DNA of 64,000 bases from Octopus sinensis (Eukaryota): assembly GCF_006345805.1 (NCBI RefSeq), contig NC_042997.1, positions 150,102,001 through 150,166,000 of the forward strand, given 5' to 3'. A model generated the notes under the pieces. The model did not search any database, was not told where the DNA came from, and saw nothing but the letters and a program-made list of their open reading frames with translations. A program made the position numbers and the translations under genes. This document shows positions 1 to 12,940 of the stretch, one piece after another (the stretch's first letter is position 1; the number at the start of each line of letters is the position of its first letter).

Positions 1-559
1 TATGTTTGCGCGCATCAAACGTGATACGCATGTGTGTATGCATATATATATATATACATACTTATACGTATTTTTATAATTTATCTTTGTCTGTTTGTCT
101 CTCTCTCCCTCCTCTCTCTCTCTATATGTATATATATGTACATACAAGTATATATATATATATACGTATATATGTGTGTATATATTCGTATATATATGTG
201 TATATATACATTTGTATATATGTATATATATTATATACACACATACACACACACACATATATGCTCACACACATGCACACATCCATGTATACATAATGCA
301 TATATGTCTATATTGTTATATATGTATTTACATATGCATAAGTATGTGCACATGTGTGTGAGTATATGCAAGAGAGATGCAGAGACAGAGTTAGAATAAC
401 AGAAAGCGAGATTAGACGAGGGAATACAACACAGACATACTCTTAGAAGAACAATGCAGCAAAATGTGAGAAAGAAGACCCACATATATGAGTATGAATG
501 TGTATATACATACACGAGCTCTTGTGACACAAAACCACAATCACATACACATTGTGTAT

Positions 560-597
<38 letters not shown>

Positions 598-833
598 GCT
601 TCGTTATAGACAAGTTCAACCATGTTCATACACGCATTACATACGTAGCTGTTACATTCACATTCGTACACATCATCACTCGTTCTCACACATTAACATA
701 CTTGCATATACCAGCTCTCTCTCTCTCCTTCTCTCTTTCTATCCCTTTCTCTTTCTATCTCTTCCTCTTGTTTACATAATCTGCAGACACACACGTATTG
801 TACAAATTCCATACTTATTTACAAACACGCACT

Positions 834-873
<40 letters not shown>

Positions 874-1410
874 TGCATATTTTGTCACTTTAGCGCACAC
901 ACAATCTTATCATTCTCCCATACATTCATACACACATAAATTTCTACCTACATATATACATGTTTCGTGTACACTCATACACAAATCACAGATTATCATT
1001 CATATACAACTCTGTAAAGTTATAAAATTCACACAAACCCACGTATATACATACATACATACATACATACACACCGAAAAATAAATTTACATGAATAAAT
1101 AGACGAGCGTTTCAACAACTCACTAATACATAGAACAGAGCATTCAAGCATGCACGCATTCAAAAATCTATGTATATATTTCGTTTGTTTGTTTTTAGCA
1201 TGCAGATAAATGTATAATTGTGCAAGCAAGCATGCTATTAAGTGTTATTAGCAAGGACGATATTATTTTAGCAGAAAAATATAAAATTACGCAAGCATAT
1301 GAGAAAAATACAAGAACACACAGTGTTAAAAATTCTGATGATAAGGTGGGGTGGGGTGAATAGCAATAGAGATTTTCTTTACTTTAATTATTTATTACAG
1401 CTTTCTCCGT

Positions 1411-1416
1411 TTATTA

Positions 1417-1472
<56 letters not shown>

Positions 1473-1585
1473 GCTTTTATTACTACTATTGTAGTTGTTT
1501 TTTTGTTATGTTGTTCTTGTTCTTATTGATGCCATTGTTATCGCTGTTACCGCCGTTGTTGTTGCTCCTTTTGTTTTTGTTGAGA

Positions 1586-1619
<34 letters not shown>

Positions 1620-1650
1620 GTTATTATCGTTATTATTATTATTATTATTA
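1411..1650. repeat. (ATT)n / (GTT)n compound microsatellite
   Basis: Long ATT runs at 1411-1472 and about 1590-1650. Confidence 0.95.
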
Positions 1651-1790
1651 TAGCGTCGAAATGGCGGAATCGTTACCGGAGAAAATGCTTAGCCCCATTT
1701 CTCACGGCTCTTTTACGTTCTTGTGTTCAAATATTGCCAAGATCGATTTTTGCTTTTTTTCAATTCCGGATCGAGGAAATAAGTAAACGT
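1650..1790 (+). mobile_element. SINE family B, degenerate copy next to (ATT)n
   Basis: TGGCGGAATCGTTA...AAATGCTTAGC...GTTCAAAT follows the family B head order. Confidence 0.55.
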
Positions 1791-2258
1791 TGAGGACAGG
1801 GTAGCAGCTTCCCAGAAATTTCAAGCCCTGTGCCTTTAAAAAAGATAATAATAATAATAATTATTGTTGTTGTTCTTGTCATTGTTGTTGTTATTGTTGT
1901 TGTTGTTGTGTGGTGATTCAGAGTTGGACACAATACCTTGCGTTGTTTAGTTATATGCCTTTACTATCCGATTTCAAATCCCGCCACTATCAGTTTTGGC
2001 TTTCATTCCTCTAGAATCTGAAGTCGATGCCATTCAACTATTCTTTTCGTCCAAAATCTCTTTGACAATGTACCTATGCAAGAATAGGGGCGAACCCAAG
2101 GGGGTGGGCTGAAGGGCACGTGTCCACTCCCTCAAGACAAGAAGTGCACCTTTCTAAATAATGTTATTTCGCTCTTTTCTCCTGGAATTGTATTCCCTTC
2201 TGAACTTGAGCCCTCCCTTCGAAACATTCCTGGGACAAGTCAATGAAATCTACTCATT

Positions 2259-2404
2259 CAGTGTTCAACTGGTACTTATTTTATCGACCACGAAAGAATG
2301 AAAAGCAGAGTCGACCTTCGCGGAATTTGAACTCTAAGCATAAAAACAGATGGAATATCGCTAATCATTTCGTCTAGCGCTCTAACGATTCTGCTTGCTC
2401 ACCG
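2259..2404 (-). mobile_element. SINE family B, partial, abutting the family A copy
   Basis: CTGGTACTTATTTTATCGACC...GAATTTGAACTC...CTAACGATTCTGC is the reverse complement of family B. Confidence 0.75.
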
Positions 2405-2412
2405 ATTTATAT

Positions 2413-2820
2413 ACTCTTTTACTCTTTTACTTGTTTCAGTCATTTAACTGCGGCCATGCTGGAGCACCGCCTTTAGTCGAGCAAATCGACCTCAGGACTT
2501 ATTCTTTGTAAGCCTAGTACTTATTCTATCGGTCACTTTTACCGAACCGCTAAGTTACGGAGACGTAAATACACCAGCATCGGTTGTCAAGCGATGTTGG
2601 GAGAACAAACATAGACACAAACATACACGTACACGTTCACACATATATACATATATACGACGGGCTTCTTTCAGTTTCCGTCTACCAAATCCACTCACAA
2701 AGCTTTGGTCGGCCCAAGGCTATAGTAGAAGACACTTGCCCAAAGTGCCACGCAGTGGGACTGAACCCGGAACCATGTGGTTGGTAAGCAAGCTACTTAC
2801 CACACAGCCACTCCTACGCC
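2413..2820 (-). mobile_element. tRNA-derived SINE family A, full-length copy (~408 bp; size similar to the octopus OK family as I recall it, unverified)
   Basis: Minus strand reads GGCGTAGGAGTGGCTGTGTGGTAAGTAGC...GGGTTCAGTCCC (Pol III A/B-box-like head), then TTGGGCAAGTG, an internal (TA/TG) tract and an (AAAAGAGT)n tail. Colinear with copies at 5683, 18196 and 22249. Confidence 0.92.
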
Positions 2821-3142
2821 TATATGTCAGTATAATTATTTTTATCATAATTCAGCGCGTCGGACTAAATTACATGTATCCTTACTTTCATCTTTGTACG
2901 CTCAGAGCTCAAATATCGACAAAGTCGACTTTGCTTTCATGTATCAGGCTCTATATGTCCAGAATTAAAATCCCCCTGAAGCCAACTTTAATTTTCAACC
3001 TTTCGCAGTCTATGAAATAAGGTACCAGTCAGATAGTGGGGTCAGTGTAGCCGACGTGTCTCCTCTCCTCACAATTGCTGGCCTTGTGCCAACATTAGAA
3101 AGAAAGAAAAATATTTTCATTGCAAGTATTCGAAGCAGTTGT

Positions 3143-3172
3143 GATGGTGGTGGTGGTGGTGGTAGTAGTAGC

Positions 3173-3217
<45 letters not shown>

Positions 3218-3303
3218 TGCAGTAGTAGTAGTTGCAGTAGCAGTAGTAGTTGCAGTAGTCGTAGTAGTAGTAGTAGAAGTAGCTGCTGTTGCTGTTGTTG
3301 TTG
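3143..3303. repeat. Compound trinucleotide microsatellite (GGT)n(AGT)n(GCA/GTT)n
   Basis: Directly visible. Confidence 0.95.
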
Positions 3304-3809
3304 TCAATCATTGCTGTTATAAAATCAACACGACATATGCTGCCGAACATGAAAATGTTGACATAGCCACTAGAACATGAAATCAAAACACAATGATTGC
3401 GCACGCGTGCGCTATTTTGCGCGTGCGAAAGAGAGAGAGAGAGAGGGTGTGTGAGAGAGAGTACATATGCATTAGCTTTTGCGAGGTATGTATTTAGCCA
3501 CGTGTGTATTATTACACACATTTCCATCTATGCGCAGTCATACACACACACACGTGTACATGCACATCACATCACAAAGCCATACATCTCCAGAACTACA
3601 GAGATATATAATCAAGAAGATAAAATATGCACCTTTGTGAATATACACACATATGAAAAGCATATAAAGACAGATCTAGTAGAAAGCCTATTTAGATTCT
3701 AGTGTGTCAAAAGATAGCGACATTTCTATTGAGTATATATATATATATATATGAGGGAGAGAGAGAGAGATTGTAACTTGAAGTAAAATAATTAGTATAG
3801 ATCAGGTTT

Positions 3810-4170
3810 CGTTAAGAATACATCCTCAAACATACCCCACAAAGAAAAGGCATGTTAGGGTATGACCTTTAAAATATATATTTCATAGAATACTGTATGA
3901 GAAATATTTTTGATGTGCATCGTAGGATTAATTTATGCTATGATTGCTCTATGTCAGTTTACGTTAAAATAAGATTGGCGAAGTGTGTGTAGTTTGCTTT
4001 TAATGCGTCAAAGTTTGTTTTGTGACTTCGAAGTTACGCCTTTGTCAGACTGACGATGGTGAAGAAGCCGAAACATTGTAGCAACTGTCAGCTCTTTCTG
4101 TGTAAAATTCAATAAACTTGTAACCTACTAAAAGCACTGAGTAATCCTTCAGTTTAATTTTCTATTGTTT
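3810..4170 (+). mobile_element. Possible Penelope-like 3' end/pseudo-LTR remnant
   Basis: CTGACGATGGT-GAAGAA-GCCGAAAC at 4050-4074, followed by AATAAA at 4111. This resembles the Penelope-LTR layout of hammerhead plus polyA signal. Confidence 0.4.
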
Positions 4171-5682
4171 TTATATATAACTTGACATAAACACAAACAC
4201 ATATGTGCGTATTTCTATGGTTGTGAGTGTATGTAGGCTCCCATGTTTAATTACGAGTACATACATGCATGCATACTTAAACACGTACATACATACATAC
4301 AGACTTAGCCTGAGAGATTGTATCAGGTCTTGGATCTGACATCAAATTTATTTCCAAATCTAATAATGCACCTTCAGAGACAAATTACAAACAGAATTTT
4401 ACCATGAAACTCTAAGGAGAGAATTATTACAAGAGAAAGCAGTTTCAGTACAAGAATTTTTTGTGCATACCTTTGTGATTAAGAATTTTGCAACCATGTG
4501 GATTCAGTTTCAGTGCCATTGTGCTGCGACTTGACCATGTACCCTCTATAATAGTCCCGTTCTGTTTTTTATTTCTAATTTTTGCAATGTTGAATGTAGA
4601 GTGGAGTAGGTATTATTACTTATCATATATTGCATTTCATTTGGAGAATTACACACTTTTTTCTGCCGCTGGAATGTCGAGGTGATCTAGCTCTCTCTAC
4701 TATCTCTACCAGCATTACCGATCGCACTATCCAATTATTTACAGCCTATTAGTTCATACGGTTTGATAATGATGGGTTCAGTTCGTGACACTTGTTTTGA
4801 ATGGGTTTCAGGTGACTAGAAACTTCAAATTTTCGGTTGTATACTTTACAGCCATGCTTTGTAGCTCTACTGTAATTGGAATCCATCAAATTCTGTATAT
4901 CCCCACTTTACTGTGGTGTGCAAGGTAACAATCATTATTGAATGACATTTCCGTCAGTATCATAGTATGGTGTAGGTTTTAGCTTTCAGATGCTTTTAAA
5001 CATGTCTGTATGCATGCATCATCAATTTAATGGAAAGCTCCTGACATCATTGCTATTAAAGCGAGAATAACGTTCATGCAAGCCTAAAAACTTGCTTGAA
5101 ACCACTGTAGCATCAGACTGTGCAGAGCTGGAGTTCACGTATGTAAACTGAACCTTCATGCCTTCATATGATCAAACTTCACTGATGCGTCAAATTTAGG
5201 CATCTACCATTGGCCTAACCAGTTTATTCTAATGATTGTATTCAATACGTTCACCAAGAGCTCATACGGTCTCACGTTCTCTTCTACATGTTTCCTGGAT
5301 CTTTCGAAACGAAGACAGAACACCATATACATGGTGTTTCTTCTCCTCTTGTAGCACACTGAATATCCTGAAGAATTAGTGTGGTTTTCTTATACAGCCT
5401 CTCGAGCGCCTTCCCGCTTAAACTATTCCGATTCTTTCTGCACTTAATGTTAGGACTTTTCTAATTTATATAGTTGTATGAGAGTTCATTACATTCTTGT
5501 TATTTCAGTATCAACCACTGGATACGTATAATGAGTTTGTACCTCTCATTCTTCCATACTTCTGCTGGTACCTACTATTGATGACTTTCTACATTGCAAT
5601 TAACTGGTTGCCTTCAACATGTCTGCTATTGATGGTAATCAGCAGGTCTCAATGTCTGGCCCTCTTACATAATATACATATA

Positions 5683-6080
5683 GGCGAAGGAGTGGCTGTG
5701 TGGTAAGTGGCTTGCTTACCAACCACATGGTTCTGGGTTCAATTCCCACTGCGTGGCACCTTGGGCAAGTGTCTTCTACTATAGCCTCGGGCTTACCAAA
5801 GCATTGTGAGTGGATTTGGTAGACGGAAACTGAAAGAAGCCGTCGTGTATATGTATATACATATGTGTGTGTTTGTGTCTCTGTGTTTGTCCTCTCAACA
5901 TCGTTTGACAGCCGATGGTAGTATGTTTACGTCCCCGTAACTTAACGGTTCGGCAAAAGAGACCGATAGAATAAGTACTAGGCTTACAAAGAATAAGTCC
6001 TGGGGTCGATTTGCTCGACTAAAGGCGTTGCTCCAGCATGGCTGCAGTCAAATGACTGAAACAAGTAAAAGAGTAAAGAG
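5683..6080 (+). mobile_element. SINE family A, full-length copy
   Basis: Runs from GGCGAAGGAGTGGCTGTGTGGTAAG to GACTGAAACAAGTAAAAGAGTAAAGAG. About 90% identical by eye to the 2413-2820 copy. Confidence 0.92.
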
Positions 6081-6854
6081 TATACATGCAAACAAATGAA
6101 ATCAATATTAGAAGATTAGCAGTACTGGTTGTAAATAAATGGCAGTAAATGGATCGAGATGTTTACATTACTGCTGTTTATGTGCTGGTTCAAATCCCAT
6201 CGTGGTCAACGTTCACATTTTTCTTCTCAGGGTTGATATAATACAAAACTAGTAAAGTTCTAGAGTTTAATAAAAATTTACGATGCTCACTCCTAGCTTT
6301 GAGATCGTCTGACTAAGTAAAAATCAATATTCCCCGAGAGATGGATGGAGTGGCAGAACACATGAAATGTTTAGTGGTATTTTAGCGTGTACTGAATTCT
6401 AACTGGGGCAATTTAGTACTTCATTCTTCCGTAAGTACGAGTCATAGACTGTGAATAATTCAAGGAAAGAAGCTAGAAAACCCGTGTCAATGAGGACTGC
6501 TATCCGTTCACTCGAACATTTAAAAATAGCAGTAAGATATATCTCACTTGAACTCTTCATTCAGGTACTAAAATGGACAAGATGGATGGTGTAGCAGACA
6601 GATACGTTCATTAACAAAGGCAATAGAAAGAGACTGCGATAGCTTGAATGTTTTTGATCTTAGGTCTGCTCTAGCGAAGATGACTTTGGGCTAAACAACA
6701 AAATATCAAAATTATAATCAATATAAACTATGACACTGCAAGTGCAGCCTTTGACATTTGCAGCAACACAGCGCATAGCATACTAATTGAAATAGCGTTG
6801 GGTCATAGACACGCATACACCCACACCCATTTATGTACAGACATATACGTGTGT

Positions 6855-6911
<57 letters not shown>

Positions 6912-8445
6912 GTATGTATATGCGTGTACAGAGAGAGAGAGAGAGAGAGAGAGATACATAGAAATATGTGTAATCTTCGTCGGTTGTGACTAGATTAGTC
7001 AGATGTTCGATTAACTGGTCTTGCAACTCATTGAACGAACATGAAAGTAGCCGAGTATTCCACATACGCGTATAGCCTTAATGTTACAACATATAGTGCC
7101 TTAGTTATAATCTATGTAGTGAATTTCGTCAGTTTCCATCTATCTAATTTCTCTAGAAGATTTTAGTTGATCTGAGGCTACGAAAAACACTAATTGCGTA
7201 ACATGCGAAGCAGAGGCATCGAACTCCAGACCTTGTAATCGTGAATTGAACTTCTTAACCATTCGGCCATGCTGTGCTTATATGTATACTTACACACACA
7301 CACACGCACGCATGTTCACACAAGCCTTCAAAAGCGTTGTCAAAACATTCAAGACGTTTAGCGTTTAATAAGATCCACATACGGAATGGTACCCATGCTT
7401 ACACATGTGTATTCGTGTGCAAATACATATATAACTACCTTGTTGATGTCCTTCAGCCTAATAGTAGGGCTTTGTTTCTAGGTTAGGATCAGCAATGGGT
7501 ATTTCGAAAAATACAACTAAGAAAACACTACACACACACATACACACACACACTACACTCGCACACACACACTCGCACACACACATACACACACTCGCAC
7601 ACGTGCTCCAAGGGAAAAGTACGCCATACTATTATCCACAGAGACGGTGAAGACTCTGGCCCTCTCACATGCAAATAGTACATGCATCAATTATTAAAAA
7701 CGCCCCAGAAGAAATTAGTTGAAAACAGTTGCTCCGCGTATCATTGTGTATACAACAACCCACGAGACGTTCTCTGTAGAGGTCCCATTTTAATAGAAGA
7801 AACATCCAGATGTAATCTGATTTCTTTATTTTGTCACCAGGGCGACAATGAGCGAACATAACAAGGACAATTTACAAAAACGGTGGGTGTTTTTTCTAAT
7901 AATAATTGCTTTATACTAAAAGAATAATGCGCATCTCGAAAATATAATCTCTGAGATAGATATTGTGCGACATTGTGAGGTGCGTGTGTGAGTGCGCGTG
8001 TGTTTGAGTGCGTATGTATACGTGTGTGTCCATGTGTGACATAAGGAGAGAAGGAAGAGAAAGAGAAAGAGAACTGGAAGAAGGGGAGAGGATATGTAAG
8101 AACAGGGAGTTATTACTTCTGTCCTTTACTGCTTTTGACGTGGTTTTTGTTTCTACTTGTGTTGTTGTTGTTGTTGTTCTCAGCTTGGGGAACAGACCGG
8201 GCATATGTGTGTCAGCAGTTAATAAAACAAGAGATAATGGTGAGGGGAGGGTGGAGGGTCGGAAACTACATCGCCCTCCCTAACATACTTCCCAACTCCT
8301 GCTGGCCAAAGCTAGGGTTCGTGTGTGTGTGTATATTATGGGATCATAAAGGAAGGAAGGGTGATGGCTGCTCTCAACTGGAGTTTTCTCGACAACGCCC
8401 CCCTCCGTCCGTCCAAATTATCTGAACAGCTTACTTCAAGTGGTT

Positions 8446-8524
<79 letters not shown>

Positions 8525-9126
8525 GGTAATAATATAATAGCAAATCCTGCTTGTAGTTGATGTTGTTCTCATCGGAGGTGGAGGTGATTTTAGTAACACG
8601 ATCGTTAATGTATTATAGCCCCAGGTCAAGATCAATGGCGAAAATCCACGACAACCGAGAACATTTTGTTTTACCGATATGCTGAGGTGATCAGAGCCAC
8701 ATTGTCCAACGTATTATTTTACAAAAATGTTTGGGTGCAATCTGATGGCAACTAGTTGCCATTTTTAACATGTCAAAAAACCTAAATAAGAAACTTCGTT
8801 CTTGACTCGTGGTGGCTGTTGTTGCCAGAGTCAATGTTGTTACATCGAGCAAACCAATTATTAAAGTTTTTTTTCCATTCATGACCTTCACGACTTTTTA
8901 GGACATATGTAGGAATAGATTGCTTTTAAAATAGTCCTTTACTTTTATAAACGGCAAGTTTAGATTTGAGAGATTTTTGGTTGCCATATCTAGCAGATAT
9001 GAGATCATGTAGAGATCAGTTTGGTCTTAGGCGTGGTAATTAATAGGAGACTTGTATTGTTTACACCTGGGTCATAGCTGATTGAACAAATCGATAGACA
9101 AAGACCTTTCCTCCATGAGTAATATT

Positions 9127-9442
9127 TTTTATTTATTTGTGCACCGTTTTCAAGCCTAGCCAGGCTCATGGGCCCGGGTTCCCGGTTTCTATGGCGTATG
9201 TGTTCCCACAGCTGGATGGGACGCCAGTCCGTCGCAGCGTTACTCAAGGAACAGGAAGAAAAAGTGAGAGAAAGTTGGGGTGAAAGAGTACAACAGGGGT
9301 CGCCACCACTCCCTGTCGGAGCCTCGTGGAGCTTTGGGTGTTTTCGCTCAATAAACACACACAACGCCCGGTCTGGGAATCGAAATCGCGATCCTCCGAC
9401 CGCGAGTCCGCTGCCCTAACCACTGGGCCATTGCGCCTCCCT
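9127..9442 (-). mobile_element. tRNA-derived SINE family C (head resembles tRNA-Arg), 316 bp, with 13-bp TSD
   Basis: Minus strand head GGAGGCGCAATGGCCCAGTGGTTAGGGCAGCGGACTCGCGGTCGGAGGATCGCGATTTCGATTCCC and a (TAAA)n tail. Perfect direct repeat CATGAGTAATATT at 9114-9126 and 9443-9455. Confidence 0.93.
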
Positions 9443-9929
9443 CATGAGTAATATTATTGAGTATTAATGGTATGTTTTAAGTAGTAGTTTTGTTGTGGTT
9501 CGTGTCAGTAGTGTTAGTACTGACGATTGTTGGGTGGTAGTGGTGGATGTAGTGGTTTAGGTGCTGTTTGTGCTTGTAGCAATATTCGTCAGTGCCAATA
9601 GAAAAGATAGTGTTAATATAATGATAAGGTTAAAGTAACAATGACAGTTGAAGTCTATTAGTAGCAGCGGTGGTAAGCATATGGCAATAGTAGCAGCAAT
9701 GCAAGGAGATCAAATGACAGTGATGGTTTTAGTGATTTTTTTTTATGAGTGATGATTGAGTGGGGATTAAACTGCCGGTTGCTCTCGAAGTGATTGTAAT
9801 GTAGTGATGGGGATGGTATTAATAGTGCTGATGATAAAGGTATTAAATGGTCGTAGCGTCATTACGGAGAGTAAGTGACAGACAAACTAAGTTAACCATT
9901 CAGATGCGTGTTTACATGTGTACACACAT

Positions 9930-10143
9930 AAGGTGGCGAGCAAGCAGAAACGTTAGCACGCCTGGCGAAATGCTTAGCGATATTTCGTCTGTCTTTACGT
10001 TCCGAGTTCAAATTTCGCCGATCTCGACTTTGCTTTTCATCCTTTCGGGGTCGATAAATTAAGTACCAGTCGCGTACTGGAGTCGATCTAATCGACTGGC
10101 CCCTCACCAAAAATGTCAGACCTTGTGCCTAGAGTAGAAAAGT
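9930..10143 (+). mobile_element. SINE family B, full-length monomer (~210 bp)
   Basis: AAGGTGGCGAGC...GCAGAAACGTTAGCACG...GAAATGCTTAGC...GAGTTCAAAT (B box)...GGGGTCGATAAATTAAGTACCAG...CCTTGTGCCTAGAGTAGAAAAG. Confidence 0.88.
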
Positions 10144-10212
10144 ATATGTGTACACACACAAACACACGTACACGTACACCTATATTTGGTGCCGATATTA
10201 TTTTGACCTATG

Positions 10213-10407
10213 AAGGCGGCGAACTGGCTGAATGGTCTGAACGTCGGGTGAAATGCTTAGTGGTATTTCGCCTCACGCTACGTTCTGAGTTCAAATTTCA
10301 CCTTTCGGAGTCGATAAATTAAGTACCAGTGAAACACTGGAGTCTATATCTAATCGACTAGTCCCCTCCCCCAAAACTTCAGGCCTTGTGTTTATAATAG
10401 AAAGGAT
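10213..10407 (+). mobile_element. SINE family B monomer with internal deletion
   Basis: AAGGCGGCGAACTGGCTGAA...GAGTTCAAAT...GTCGATAAATTAAGTACCAG...GGCCTTGTG. Confidence 0.85.
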
Positions 10408-10542
10408 TATGACCTATGATACTGAGCGTGTTATCAGGCCGGAGAATTGGCTGATATATTTGCAACAGAGTGGCTGCCATGAAGCACACACACACACGCA
10501 CGCACACACATACACACACACACACACACGCACACACGCACA

Positions 10543-10582
<40 letters not shown>

Positions 10583-11909
10583 GCACGCACGCACGCACAC
10601 ACAAAAGCCCAAGCTGACGACTTAATTTGATATATCATAACAAGAACATTGTATACGAAGTATGGATGATTTGGCGTGTCTTCTACACATTTTGTCTTGC
10701 TTTGTTCAAACGAGGCTACGGAAGAAAGTAATAGATTTGAAGTTCCAGGTAGTGGTTATCGAACTAGAATTATATAGTTGCAAGAGACCCACAGGCATTG
10801 AAATTATCTTCTATTACTCCTGTTTTCTTCCGCTTTTTCTCTAATTTTATCCTAGCCTTCAGAAGAAGAGCTTATGCTCAAAATCATAATCTCTGATGGT
10901 TTCTTTCAGTTCTTCGAGTGACAAATTAATAATTACACCTTATCACCTTTTCAGCGGCGCTATTAATTTCATCGTTATTCTTACTTTTAACACACACATA
11001 CACACACACACACACAACATGCACTCACACGTAAACTAGTCGTATGTTCCAGAACAATAAACCTATTTCATGACCGATCTTGGCTGATGAAGGTGTGTCA
11101 TATCAAATATTTTTATGTTGCCGTTGCCGCCGTAGCAATCGTCAAAACCACCACCACCACCGCCACCTCTACTACTACTACTACTACTACTACTGCTACT
11201 ACTACTACTACTACTACTACTACTTTACCAACCATGTAACCAACCAACCAACCTTATGTGCAAACGCACATATACATATATGCAGTCACCGATCTATTAA
11301 TAGGTGGCATACATACTATTATCTGTGCATCTATGTTAGTATACACATTAGGTGTTTATTCCGTGTGAACCAAAAATCCTTAAATAAGAAACATAAATGC
11401 GTAAACAAATGCATAAATAAATAAAGTAATTTTCTTCCTTCGACTCGACTCCACCAGAAATGGAGAAGATAGCGATAAGAGTGAAAATTAATTGTTTATC
11501 AACAGTTTCGATGTATAAACAAGTCATGTGTATCCGAATGTGGTCGAGTACGAGGTGAGTATACTCCAGATTGTCCATTATCAACTTTTACTTGCTAATG
11601 GATGCAGTCAATCAACGTTGTTCACCATCTGCTCCTCTTCCTTTTACTCAATCTGTAGTTTCAAACAAAGCTTTTAGTTCGTTGTAGAAGACCTACGAAT
11701 AAGCATAACCACTACTATCAACACTACCACCACAACTACCACAACCACCACAACCACCAATAGCAAAAACAACAACAACAACAAAAGCAACAGCGTTTTG
11801 TTGTTGTAGTAGATGTGGATTTTTTCATTGCTTGTTTTTTTTGTTTTTTTTTCTTTTCTTTATTTTTTACTCTTTTGTGTTGATGTTCTCCATTAAATCT
11901 CTCTCGCTG

Positions 11910-12300
11910 CTGCTTGTGTGCGTGTGCGTATCTATATATATGTGCGTGTATAGGTATACATACACACATGTATGTATATCTGAGTGTGTATGTATGCGGT
12001 TATAATTTGTATATATTTGTATATGCGTCTGTGTACATACGTGTGTGTGTGTGTGCACGCGTGTGTATACACATATATGTAATAGTATGTATAGAGATAT
12101 GTATGTATATGAGTATATATGTATACATTTGTGTATATATGTACGTATATGTATGTATATATGTATGCATATGTGTGTATATATGTATGTATATGTATTT
12201 ATGTATATGTATATATGTATGCATATGTATTTATGTATATGTATGCATATATATGCATGCATATGTACATATATGTATGCATATGTATATATGAATATGC

Positions 12301-12347
<47 letters not shown>

Positions 12348-12499
12348 TATGTATGTGTATATGTATGTATATATATATATATATATATGAATATGTATAT
12401 ATGTATATATATATGAATATGTATGTATATATATATATATATATATATATGAATATGTATGTATATATGTATATATATATATATATGAATATGTATGTA

Positions 12500-12539
<40 letters not shown>

Positions 12540-12736
12540 TATGTATGTACACATATATATATATGAATATATCTGTGTATGTGTATACGAATATGTATGT
12601 ATATATATATATAATAATCTGTGTATGTGTATACGAATATGTATGTATGTATATATATATATATATATATGAATATATCTGTGTATGTGTATATGAATAT
12701 GAATATGTATGTATATATGTATATGAATATTATATG

Positions 12737-12770
<34 letters not shown>

Positions 12771-12860
12771 ATATATGAATATATATGTGTATGTGTATAT
12801 GAATATGTATGTGTGTATATATATTATATATATATATATTCACACACAAATACATAATCA
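11910..12860. repeat. ~950-bp (TA)/(TG) compound microsatellite with higher-order GAATATGTATG(TA)n units
   Basis: Directly visible. Confidence 0.95.
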
Positions 12861-12940
12861 CACATACGCGCATGTGTTGCATATATGCGTGAGAATGTGT
12901 ATGTGTCGGAGTTCATTTTAAAATTTCTCTATGATTGTGA

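Noticed and set aside
2085-2235. GC-rich segment resembling a MITE with G/C-rich termini
   Set aside because: The putative TIRs are too degenerate and no TSD was found.
4480-5680. Possible decayed LINE remnant on the minus strand
   Set aside because: Only vague resemblance by eye; no RT motif could be reconstructed.
9360-9440. tRNA-like sequence (also at 5683, 18196, 54611 and 60291)
   Set aside because: These are SINE heads. The acceptor and T stems are not intact, and each continues into a repeat body with a tail or TSD.
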